Below, piece after piece: positions 52,933 to 64,000 of a stretch of DNA of 64,000 bases. The notes below the pieces were generated by a model. The model was not told the DNA's origin and ran no database searches. It saw nothing but the letters and a program-made list of their open reading frames with translations. The position numbers were made by a program, and so were the translations under genes. Every line of letters begins with the position of its first letter. Position 1 is the first letter of the stretch. Source of the DNA: Eledone cirrhosa (Eukaryota). Location: assembly GCA_964016885.1 (NCBI GenBank), contig OZ024742.1:232314001-232378000 (forward strand), in the 5' to 3' direction.

Positions 52933-53319
52933 ATATCTATGTGTGTATGATTGTAGATATATAATATATATATATGTGTGTGTATGTGCGTGAAAAGTAA
53001 ATGGAAAACATTAAAGCAAACAATACAGTACAGCCAGAAACACTAACAACACATTTAGCAGTCCCCTGTATCATGAAAAGGAAAAAAACTTTTGAGGAAA
53101 TTTTTAATATTTTCAAGTTTTTATAGTTTTTTATGCTGTCTGAAGAGTTCAAGTTATCAAAATTGGTAGTCCTCAGCAAAATATGTATAACGGAGCTTTA
53201 AATAAACCTAAATCAACTGATTATGGCTTCTGGTATTTTTAATACTATATATATATATATATAGCGGTGCCCCAGCATGGCCTCAGCCGGATGGCTGAAA
53301 CAGGTAAAAGAGTAAAAGA

Positions 53320-53354
<35 letters not shown>

Positions 53355-53430
53355 GAAGGAATTGTGGTAAGGAACCCAGATGGACCATAATGCACCAGAG
53401 TATTCAATACTTAGGGTAGTAGAGTGGGTA

Positions 53431-53543
53431 ATAGGAAAAAGTATGACCCCGACGGCAGAGCTCAAGCCGTTTCGACGGCTATTTCTGGACTGAAATAGCC
53501 GTCGAAACGGCTTGAGTTCTGCTGTTGGGGTCATACCTTTTCC

Positions 53544-53546
<3 letters not shown>
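53431..53546. repeat. 55-bp-arm hairpin (Penelope-like inverted pLTR end) in (TA)n
   Basis: ATAGGAAAA...GGCTATTTC-TGGACT-GAAATAGCC...TTTTCCTAT. Confidence 0.85.
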
Positions 53547-53575
<29 letters not shown>

Positions 53576-53647
53576 AGATGCAGGTGAAACTCCAGAGTAA
53601 CAAGACTCACAATTTACCCTTAATAAAATGAATATATATTTAAACAT

Positions 53648-53690
<43 letters not shown>

Positions 53691-53692
<2 letters not shown>

Positions 53693-55691
53693 GCGGGATG
53701 GGGGAAGTAGAGAGGACTATCAAGTGGCCAGGAGGGTAGCTAGGAGACAAGTGTACTTCGCAAGAAGGGAAGCTGAGGAAAGAAAGTTCAAGCATGTTCT
53801 ACAACGCGATGACCAAAAACGTGAGGTGTTCAGGATTGCTAGGCAATGCGTCAAGGAAAACCGTGATATTGTCGGGGAGAAGTGTGTACTAAACGACGAT
53901 GGCACACTTGCCATCACCGACGCTGATAAGAAGGTAGCTTGGAAGTGTCACTATGAAAGGCTACTAAATGAGGAGAATAATTGGGAGAAAGGCAGTCTCC
54001 CCCATATCGACCCAATAGAGGGACCAGCAGTGTTAGTCGAGGGGAGTATAATAAGTAAGGCAATCAAGGATATGAAGACTGGTAAGGCGGCTGGGCCTTC
54101 GGAAATAGTTGCTGAGATGCTGAAGGCATCTGGCACGGTGGGACACACCATGGTCACCCGCATAGTTAACCAAGTCGTACAGAATGGGGTTGTTCCGAAG
54201 GACTGGCATAGCAGCATCATCGTTAACTGTTATAAGGGTAAAGGAGACGCCCTAGATAGGAGTAACTATAGAGGCATTAAATTAATCGACCAGGTCATGA
54301 AGGTCACGGAAAAAGTAATAGCGCAACTAATCAGAGAGAGAATTGACCTAGATGAAATGCAGTTCGGGTTTGTGTCAGGCAAAAGTACCACAGACGCTCT
54401 TTTCATAGTACGACAACTACAGGAGAAGTACCTAGCTAAAGGTAAACCCCTCTACTTAGCTTTTGTCGACTTGGAGAAAGCCTTCGACAGAGTCCCCCGC
54501 TCCATTATCTGGTGGGCTCTTAGAAAACTAGGCGTTGACGAATGGCTTGTGAGGGCTATACAAGCCATGTATAAAGAAACAGTCAGCAAGGTTAGAATTA
54601 ACAACGAATATAGTGATGAGTTTAGCGTAAAAGTTGGCATCCATCAGGGCTCTGTTCTCAGTCCACTACTATTTATTATTGCCCTTCAGGCTATAACAGA
54701 GGAGTTCAAGACAGGCTGCCCATGGGAACTCCTATACGCAGACGACCTGACACTCATAGCGGAATCAATGGCCGAGCTAGAGAAGAAATTCCAAACATGG
54801 AAGCACGGCCTAGAGTCAAAAGGACTTAAAATTAACCTGGCTAAGACCAAAGTACTAGTTTGTAGGAAAGAAAACAAGGCGGCGGTCCCTTCTGGGAAAT
54901 GGTCGTGCTCGGTGTGTAGGAAAGGCGTAGGTAGAAACTCCATTTTATGTCCTAAATGCAAAGTATGGGTGCATAAAAGATGTAGTGGGATCACAGGTAA
55001 GCTAACTAAGAACATAGATTTTACATGTGGCCGGTGCTCTGGTGCAATAAGTAGCAGCAAGTGCCCACAAACTACTAGCTCTTTCAATTGCGCAGAGGGT
55101 TCTATAGAAATAGTGGACAGCTTCCGTTACCTGGGCGATAAAATCAGCAGTGGGGGAGGGTGCTCTGAAAGTACTGTAGCTAGAGTCAGAACTGGTTGGA
55201 AAAAGTTCAGAGAGCTTATACCACTATTAGCTGCTAAAGGGTTCTCACTAAAAATGAAAGGCAGGTTGTACGATGCCTGCATACGAACAGCAATGCTGCA
55301 TGGCAGTGAGACCTGGGCATTGTGTGCAGAGGATATACGCAGACTAGAGAGGAACGAAGCTTGCATGCTCCGCTGGATGTGTAACAGTAATATACGTGAA
55401 CGGCAAAGCATAAACGAACTAAGGAAAAAATTAGAGATAAGAGGGATCAGATGTTGTTTACTCGAGAGAAGGCTACGTTGGTATGGACACGTGATGCGCA
55501 TGAAAGTCGATAGCTGTATAACAAAGTGCAGGGCAATAAAGATAGACGGTAGTCACGGAATAGGCAGACCTAGAAAAACCTGGGACGAGCTGATAAACTC
55601 CGACATCACACACTTACACCTCTCCAAGACAATGTCACTGGACCGAGACCTTTGGCGGTACTCAGTAACAGAGAAAACCCGCCTTACCTAA
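53691..55691 (+). CDS. RTE-clade LINE reverse transcriptase, 5' truncated (no endonuclease) but uninterrupted, with a PHD-like Cys/His insert
   Basis: NYRGIKL, QFGF, FVDLEKAFDRV, HQGSVLSPLLF, LLYADDL, FRYLG, RRLRWYGHV. The ORF start in the track (53628) lies in flanking DNA/microsatellite. Confidence 0.95.
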
Positions 55692-56068
55692 ATATATAGT
55701 AAAACCTACTCCAGCCAGTAGGCATCTCTAACAAAATACACCCCGTCCCACCACCACCACCCCCACCCGATCCACACCACCCCGTTCTATGTAAAGTTAT
55801 GTTGGTGCCGCGCCATCGAGGCCGAAACAAATGAGATCGTGTAGGTGTCACGACAAAAAAACACACAGTCCACGCTGTAATGTGGCCGTGTAGGCAACAC
55901 GGTAAAAACCTCCCAGACCCACACTGTAAATGTGGTTGGTGTTAGGAAGGGCATCCAACTGTAGAAAACCTGCCAGACAGTCCTATGCGAGCAAGACAAT
56001 CACTCTTGCCTCAAGTGGGACTACCCCTGTCCAAACCCATGCAAGCGTGGAACACGGACGTTAAACGT

Positions 56069-56107
<39 letters not shown>
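53691..56107 (+). mobile_element. Young RTE LINE copy
   Basis: Open RT frame; 3' UTR with GTTAGGAAGGGCATCCA.CTGTAGAAA motif; (GAT)n tail 56070-56107. Confidence 0.93.
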
Positions 56108-56108
<1 letters not shown>

Positions 56109-56264
56109 ATATATATATATATATATATTAGAAGATAAATAACATTTCCTTTGTGTAGGTCAAATCATTTACTTGGTGTGATTATTAAAAAAAATAATAA
56201 TAACAATAATTGTTTCTACTTTAGGCACAAGGCCAGCATTTACCCAGTGCATTACTGGTACTTT

Positions 56265-58560
56265 AATAATAATAATAATAACAATAATGAAAATTATTGT
56301 GTACAGTGCTCAGATGCACTACAACTCATCAAAGGTGCATGTATAATACATAGAATAATGGAAAAATATCAGGAAAGTGAACAGTATATGAGTCATTATA
56401 TACACACATGCGTATGTGTGTATAGAGAGGGGGAATATCAGGTGTAGTGTTGGCGAATTTTGGGAAGCATGGAAGTTTTAAAGGATGCAGTGTCCCGAAT
56501 ACTAACAACTGATGCAGGTAATTTGTTCCATGCTTCAGCAACTCTGAGCGTGAAAAAATGTTTACAAAAGTCTTGGGAGCTGTACTATTTTCGGATTTTG
56601 TAAGCATATCCATGGGTGTTAGACACATGGAATTCAAAAAGTTGCTCAGGGTTGTTATTGGAAAGATGGTTAATAATCTTGTGGGTGTCTACCAAGTCAG
56701 TTGCCAGATGCTGGAACTTTAATACATCCATGCCCAAGGAAGCAAGGCATTCAGAGTATGATAGATGCCTGATGGAGGGTATTCGTTTGGTTGCACGTCT
56801 CTGAAGAGTTTCGAGGAGATCAATATTCTGAGCAGGATAGAGGTTCCAGACTTGTGATACAAATTTTAAGTGTGGATGCACCATAGCTATATACAGCTTT
56901 AAACAGATAGCTGGAGAGTGGCTGACAAAGGTCTTACTGAGTGATACTAAGACACCCTCAGCCTTCTTGACCGTTTTAGAGATGTGCTTTGTCCAACACA
57001 AATTGCTGTTGATAATAATGTCCAGGTTACATTCACAATAAGATTTCTTGAGATTGGTGTTGTAGAGGGAATATGTGAACACTGGTTTTTGTCCACAGTC
57101 AGTTTGAGTTGCTAGTCTGTAATCCATTGCTGCATTATGTTCAGGTCTGATTACAGGAGAGATCTGTGTACAGGAGAGATCTGTGTACAGGATCTGTCTT
57201 TTTTAATCTCAAGGTACAGCTTGATGTTATCTGTATATTTCAGCACTGTTGCATTCTTTAAGTTGGCATCTATGCCATTAATATATGCAACAAACAAAAG
57301 GGGACCAAGAACAGATCCTGTGTTATACCAGATGTCATCTCATAGGGTGAAGATTGCTGTCCTAGAACCATGACTACCTCTTTTTGACTGAGAATGAAGG
57401 ACTTCAACCAGTTATAAAGATCATCTCTCACACCCATTGCAGAGAGTTTGCCATAAATCTTTTGTGTGGCATAGAATTAAAAGCTTTAGCAGAGTCAAGA
57501 TAAATAACATCTACCCTTGTGTTGCCATCAGTGATTCGGATAATGTTTTCAAGAAACTCGAAGAGTTGATCAGAGCAGCTGAAGTTAAGGATAAATCGAA
57601 ATTGTGAGGGTTGGATAAGGCTGTGAGAGTTCCAGAAGTTCCATAATGTTTCTCTGACACACGACTCCATCAATTTGGTGATGCAGCTAGTAAGTCTGAC
57701 TGGACGATAGTTGACAGGTGACTTGCAATCACCCTTTTTGATCAGAGGAATGACACTGGCAGTTTTCCACTGTTCTGGAGTAAGACCGTTGTTAAGGCAG
57801 AATTGAATGAAAGCTGGTGCAGAAGGAAGTACCCACCACATTTGAGAAGCAGGTATGTAACACCTTCAAGACTAGGAGAGGCATAGTTGCGTTTATTCTT
57901 AAGTTGGTGTCGCAGTATTGCAGGAGTAAATTCTATAGTTGCTATAGAATTTGCTGTCAGAGGTGGTGGAGATGGTATATTTTGATTTTCAACAGTAAAA
58001 GTGTCTGCATTCTTTGGGATTGTAAATAATCTGGCCTCTGTAGGGATTGCGAAGAGGACCAATTGGAGAGTGAGGGCTCTGCTTTAAACGTACATATTTC
58101 CAGAACACTTTGCTGTCGGAGTTGGTTGCTGCGTGCTGTTCAAATTCAAGCACTGCTTTTTTTTGTCACCTGCTTGAGATAGTTAGATGATCTATTGCGC
58201 TTTTTTCTATTAACCCCTGATCCATGTAGTCTGTTTGAGATAGTTAGATGATCTATTGTGCTTTTTTCTATTAACCCCTGATCCATGTAGTCTGTATTCC
58301 CGTTCAGCATCACAATGTTCTTTGCTGGCAAGTTGGACTGCTGCAGTCTCCCAAATTGCACTTTTGTTGTTCATGTACTTATTTTTTATTATTTTTTCAC
58401 TATTTTTGTCATATAATATATTTTGATTTTGATTTTCTCTGTATACCAAAATGAAATTTATGTATTAGTTTTGTCAGCAGTAAGCGAGGAATATTGCAGA
58501 TATGTTGAACTCACCACTAATAACATAGGTAACCTTTTCTCAGATAATTCTCTTTCTGAT
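56265..58560 (-). mobile_element. Degenerate CR1-clade LINE
   Basis: WKTASVIP..KKGD..SP.NYRPV.LTS.I.KLME, DVIYLD..KAF.S..H, GSVLGPLLF.AYIN, QRRATKRIP.IR.LSY.E.L..L; (ATT)n tail. Confidence 0.9.
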
Positions 58561-58733
58561 GAAGTACAATTGCAGACTCATAATGGATGCAAATGAATAT
58601 TATACAATGCAGTCAGTGGATATAGAGTGTTATGTAATTGTGCAGAAACATATGTTAAAGATATATTACACAATAAATTCTTTTTCAATCCACCTCTTTC
58701 CTGCCTAGTTTTTCCTAATTTTTTCCTGGTACC

Positions 58734-58768
<35 letters not shown>

Positions 58769-59035
58769 ATAACAAGTTATCGTTATAGGTAATCCAGTTA
58801 GAGTACTCCGGGTTGTGGATAGTTTTAACGTACAGCTTTGTTTGACTCAACAAGATGTCTTCATAGCTATGTAGCGAGCTCGAGGTAATTACTATGCAGG
58901 TTATACTTGGAGTAATAATATTTAAAGAAAGAAGAGTAACATGGTAGGCTGTGCAATAAGGGTTTTATTTAAAGTATTGACAATTGTTTCGTTGATCAGA
59001 TGTGTCTAGAGTTCAATAATCACTTGGTGCTGTGT

Positions 59036-59113
<78 letters not shown>

Positions 59114-59264
59114 ATATATACAAAGAGAGAGTAAGAGAAAGAGCGTGTCTGCAGTACTGAGACTGAGGTGACCAGAAACCATGGGTGTACTCAATATATG
59201 GGAAAATGCAGTGTGGGTATAAAGGTAGGTATAATCCTGACTGCAATGCCAAGCAGTTGGGATT

Positions 59265-59453
<189 letters not shown>

Positions 59454-60197
59454 CACACATATATATATAATCATTGTTTTACCATGCTGGGACTTTTTAA
59501 GGCAATGTTTTCTTGCCGGATACCCTTCCTGACAGGAACCCTTTTAGTTACATCAGATGACACACACAAGAATTCAGTGTACCCTATTCTAATCTGAATA
59601 CCAGCAATGATGATGATAGATCATGTGATTCCATGATTCCAGATATAGATAGCAGCCAGTTCCATCATACAAGCATTTGGAGCTAACCACTTAGATATGA
59701 GTGAAAGATTTTCTGAAGTTAATGCCTGGAGAAATCCAGGAGAACAATGACAAAAGCAATAATGTGTGGTAAGGGATTTGTATTGAGAGCAAGTGACAAA
59801 AATGTTACACTTATTTAGACAATAAAAAAATGATCATGGCAAAAAATAAACTGACATTTTGATAAGGACTTTACTTTGCAACCATACAGTTCTCGAACAA
59901 GTGACTTCTACTATAGCCTCAGGTTGATCACTGCTTTGTGAGAAGTCTGTTGTGTGTTTGTATGTGTTTGTGTGTCCGTGTGTATGCTAATGTTTGTATC
60001 TGTGTTTATGCCCCATAACTTAGCGATTCAACAAAAAAAAAAAGTGATCAATAAAATAAGTATCAAACTTAAACAAAAAACAAAAAACAATAACAAATGT
60101 TGTAAAATCGTAGGAAAACAATTTTTCAAGTTAGATTATTGTAAAGTTTAGGCTGAATTGAAAATCATTCTTTAGGGTTCTTAAAATGTTGCCAAAA

Positions 60198-61040
60198 TAA
60201 TTGTTTCCACTTTAGGCACAAGGCCAGCAATTTTGGGGGAGGGGAAAGTCGATCAAATGGTGCTTCATTTTATCAACCTCTTAAGGATGAAAGGCAAAGC
60301 TAACCTCAGCAGGTTTTGAACTCAGAATGTAAAGGGCCATAGCTCTATACTGTAAAGCATGGTGTCTGACGCTCTACCGATACTGCCAATCCACCGCAAT
60401 CAAAATAATTACTTCTAATTTAAGTACAAGATCAACATTTTGGGGGGAAAGGGAGAGTTCATTGTATTGGCTTCTCTGGCATTTTATTTTATCAAATTCA
60501 GAAGGATGAAAGACAAAGTTGACTATGACAGGATTTGAACTCAGAATGTAAAGAGCTGGAATAAATACTGCAAGGAATATTGCCTGACATCTTAGTTAAT
60601 CCATTGCTCTTATGTAAGTACCAAAATAATAGAAGTCAAAATGATCAAGTAGATATAGTATCAGTGTCTTGATTGGAGAGATATTAGCTCATATTACATT
60701 ACTAGAATTATGCTATGTTTTGTATAAAGCAATAAATATCTACTCTAATTAGCTACTAGTTGAAGCAAGTAAAATCAGCAACAGAATTGTCATGGTTGGC
60801 CAAGAAAAACTGAAATATACAGATTACTGTATCAAAATGGCTTTCTTGTACATAATTCTTTCTACTTTTGGCACAAGGCCATTAATTATTCCAGTGTATT
60901 ACTGGTACTTTATTTTATCGACCCTGTAAAGCGGAAAGGAAGAGTTAACCTCGGTGGGATTTGAACTCAGACTATAAAGGGCCGTAACTCTTTGTTGCAA
61001 AGCATGGCGTCAGACCCTCTACCGATACTGCCAATCCACC
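60198..61040 (-). mobile_element. Three SINE copies (about 60198-60397, 60405-60605, 60855-61040)
   Basis: Reverse complement of the 8650 family (GATTTGAACTCAG, CCGATACTGCCAATCCACC). Confidence 0.82.
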
Positions 61041-61609
61041 ATGACTGAACAGATACAATTATTTTTTTTTATTTTTCTTGCATATATAAAAAAGAAATTT
61101 CATAGCCACCCAGAAATGATTGCTGTCTATATGGCCAATATGCTCATGAGAATTAGTATTTCTTTTTATTAAATAATTGAGCAAGCTACACGAAATTCAT
61201 ATCCAAGTCATCTTCTCAATCAAAATTATTACCTTCTTGAAAATATGATCACTTTTATATAATTTAAATGGTATCAGCTGCTAATAGAAAAGAGGCCAAA
61301 GCACATTTAGTTACACAAGTTTCCATAAGAATATTTCTTTTACATATTGGCTCTTCCAGTACAGCCTTCCATTGTCATTTTAAATATATTATGATTTCAA
61401 TAATGTCACTTTGATGAATTAAAGAAAGGAAAAAGAAGAAAAACAGACCCTAAAATATATTTTCCGTGCTATTTCCAACTTCACCTTTTCTCTAAAACCA
61501 CTGTTTTGTATAGAACCTTACTTCCCTTTTCTAATATATATATATATATATATAATATATATATAGAAGACCCAACTTCCCATGGGAACAAGCCGAAGCT
61601 AAAGCATAT

Positions 61610-61850
61610 AGACTATATGCCCCCATCCCCTCCAACTGGTCGTGGAGGTGTCATGACAAAAAACCACCCAGCACTCACTGTAAATGAGGTTGGAGTTAGG
61701 AAGGGCATCCAGCTGTAGAAATCAAGCCCAAATCAATTCCCGTATGAGCAAGACAAGGTCATCCGACCTAACATTGCCCACAACAGGACAACCCGTCTAA
61801 CCCATGCTAGCGTGGAAGAATGGATGTAAAACGGTGATGATGATGATGAT
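61610..61850 (+). mobile_element. RTE 3' UTR fragment
   Basis: Matches 49940-50229; GAT tail. Confidence 0.82.
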
Positions 61851-62076
61851 ATATATAAATATATATATAAGTATGTATACGTACATACATATATGTATAC
61901 AGACGTACAGTAGTATGTATATATATATATACATACATGCACACATATATATATGTACGTATGGATTTACCGAACATTTATTATAATGCTCGGTTTGTTT
62001 GTAAACAAACATCCCGAATTAAGCCGTACAGTGTTTAGCAACCACCATTGCCCTTTTGTTCAACACTGACAAAAGA

Positions 62077-62119
62077 ACGATGTACTAGTTTCAAGCTTAT
62101 TAGCTATCGTCAGCACCGT
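62077..62119 (-). ncRNA. Type I minimal hammerhead ribozyme
   Basis: Minus strand ACGGTG-CTGACGA-TAGCTAATAAGCTT-GAAA-CTAG-TA-CATCGT; palindromic ACTAGT stem III; GUA site. Confidence 0.85.
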
Positions 62120-62504
62120 ATACCTTCCTGCCAGATGATTGAACGTCTGAAAATATATACTTTCCTTATGCATATTAACGGCTGAGCAGCCTAATTTGCA
62201 TATCGAGTGAGTTAATCGGCCAGGCGCACTGAAAACGATAAATGGAAAATTGAAACGAAATTTCATTTCTCACTCTTAGTACCGGCTGTTACTTAAATAT
62301 AAGTATGTATACCTACATACATATATGTATACAGACGTACAGTAGTATGTATATATATACATACATGCACACATATACATATGTACATATGGATTTACCG
62401 AACATTTATTATAATGCTCGGTTTGTTTGTAAACAAACATCTCGAATTAAGCCATACAGTGTTTAGCAACCGTCGTTGCCCTTTTGTTCAACACTAACAA
62501 AGGA

Positions 62505-62547
62505 ACGCTGTACTAGTTTCAAGCTTATTAGCTATCGTCAGCACCGT
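62505..62547 (-). ncRNA. Type I minimal hammerhead ribozyme, second tandem copy
   Basis: Identical core 428 bp away; one stem I mismatch (CAGCGT). Confidence 0.8.
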
Positions 62548-62824
62548 ATACCTTCCTGCCAGATGATTGAACGTCTGAAAGTATATACTTTCCCTATGCA
62601 TATTAACAGCTGAGCAGCCTAATTTGCATATCGAGTGAGTTAATCACAAACCAAGCATTATAATAAATGTTCGGTAAATCCATACGTACATATATATATG
62701 TGTGCATGTATGTATATATATACATACTACTGTACGTCTGTATACATATATGTATGTATACATACTTATATTTAAGTAACAGCCGTACTAAGAGTGAGAA
62801 ATGAAATTTTGTTTCATTTTTTCC

Positions 62825-62855
<31 letters not shown>

Positions 62856-64000
62856 CTTAAAATGACAACGGAAGGCCATAGAAAATGACAACGGAAGGCC
62901 ATAGAGGCTAAAGCACATTTAGTTACGCAAGCCTCCATAAGAACATTTCTTTTACATATTGTTGATTATAAAGCAAATAGAAATTTGAGTATATGGTCTA
63001 TAATTGTAATAGATATAATTGCAGAACAGCTTTTACTTTGGTAATTGAGAACTCTTGCTCATATACACTCCTTTAAAACGATAGAGTGAGAATCTTACTA
63101 ATGTCGAAGGGTATTTCAACAATCCAATTGCAATTATAATTGCTTATGCTGCAATACAGACTAAACACAATGAAAAGCAAAAATAAAGAAATAATAAAGC
63201 TCTTGAAATCAATATACTCAATTAACATAACAATGACCAGCTTCAAGTAAATTTAAAGCTTAGTGGCTGTAAGTAGTTAAGTAATAAACTGTTCACAGTT
63301 TCCAATTTCAATGGAGTGCAATTGATACAGATGGTCACTGTTTTTCAAATGAGAATTACTTAGTTTAAATTCCCATATCAACTTAGTTTATGAGAAAGAA
63401 ACAGGCTGCATTGCAAATGACTTCAGTAATTAGCCTGATAATATTGATCACCTGTAAATAGGTCATGCTTTTAATGACTGGTTGTATGTAGATCTTTCGA
63501 ACTAGGTTTCGAACATTGTTTGGTTAGTGATAATTTTAGAATTTGGCTCCATTGTTGCTGAAAGAGTTCCAGATCAATACTGTGAACACTATTGGACTAT
63601 CTCCAGGTTTCTAGCTCTGGAATCTTGATCTTATGTTTTACTCCCTGAGCCTTCCTCCATAGAAGTTAGGAGATGTATGTATAATCACTTATCATAGACA
63701 GACCACTAACTGTGTTTGATGAGCCCATCTAAGCACATGTATATACAGGAGTCAACGAGGGATCCTCAATGTGGTCACATAACCTGCTAGAAACAGCAGC
63801 CAGTTCACCTATAAATCACAAATCACATCCTAACCATCTTTAAAGAAGAAAGAATATATTGGATAATTTAGTCAGTCCCCAAAGTACTGTGTCTGAGTAG
63901 AAAACAGGATGTCTTTGATCATATCTTACTTGATCAGGACTAACCTGGGGCCACGCAGCAATCTGTGTGTATATATAAGTGTATATATATATATATATAT

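Larger units (their letters stand above)
61866..62828 (-). mobile_element. 428-bp tandem hammerhead-containing repeat with inverted terminal copy (retrozyme / Penelope pLTR)
   Basis: Units at about 61866-62297 and 62298-62643; inverted copy 62655-62828; one hammerhead per unit. Confidence 0.8.

Noticed and set aside
58975-59002. Minus-strand CTGATCAACGAAACAATTGTC hammerhead-like motif
   Set aside because: Only the GAAAC-palindrome-GTC half is convincing; no CUGANGA, stem II or stem I partner.
61300-61370. Minus-strand CTGGAAGA...GAAACTTGTGTA in a short repeat also present near 62900
   Set aside because: Core altered and no stem I pairing.

Overview
This is AT-rich, repeat-saturated eukaryotic DNA. 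An octopod cephalopod is the most likely source, inferred from the SINE/RTE families and microsatellite load and not proven. No intact host gene is recognisable, and most ORFs in the track are translations of microsatellites. The window is a stack of nested mobile elements: Penelope-type terminal repeats, Helitrons, a fragmented Ty3/Gypsy element with nested non-autonomous LTR elements (tRNA-Trp PBS), tRNA-derived SINEs, RTE/CR1/L2 LINEs, a mariner and MITEs. Two RNA-based systems stand out. (1) A 5.5-kb array at 33.9-39.4 kb of R4/Dong-like restriction-like-endonuclease retrotransposons and non-coding structured partner elements, all inserted into (TATG)n/(CATA)n microsatellite, with another partner copy at 1.3-1.8 kb. 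(2) Six sequence-diverse type I hammerhead ribozymes, two of them in a 428-bp tandem repeat with retrozyme-like (circular RNA-producing) architecture. Two candidate host exon regions (29.6-30.7 kb on +, 42.1-42.2 kb on -) are reported at low confidence. Coordinates were counted by eye, and the boundaries of degenerate elements are approximate.
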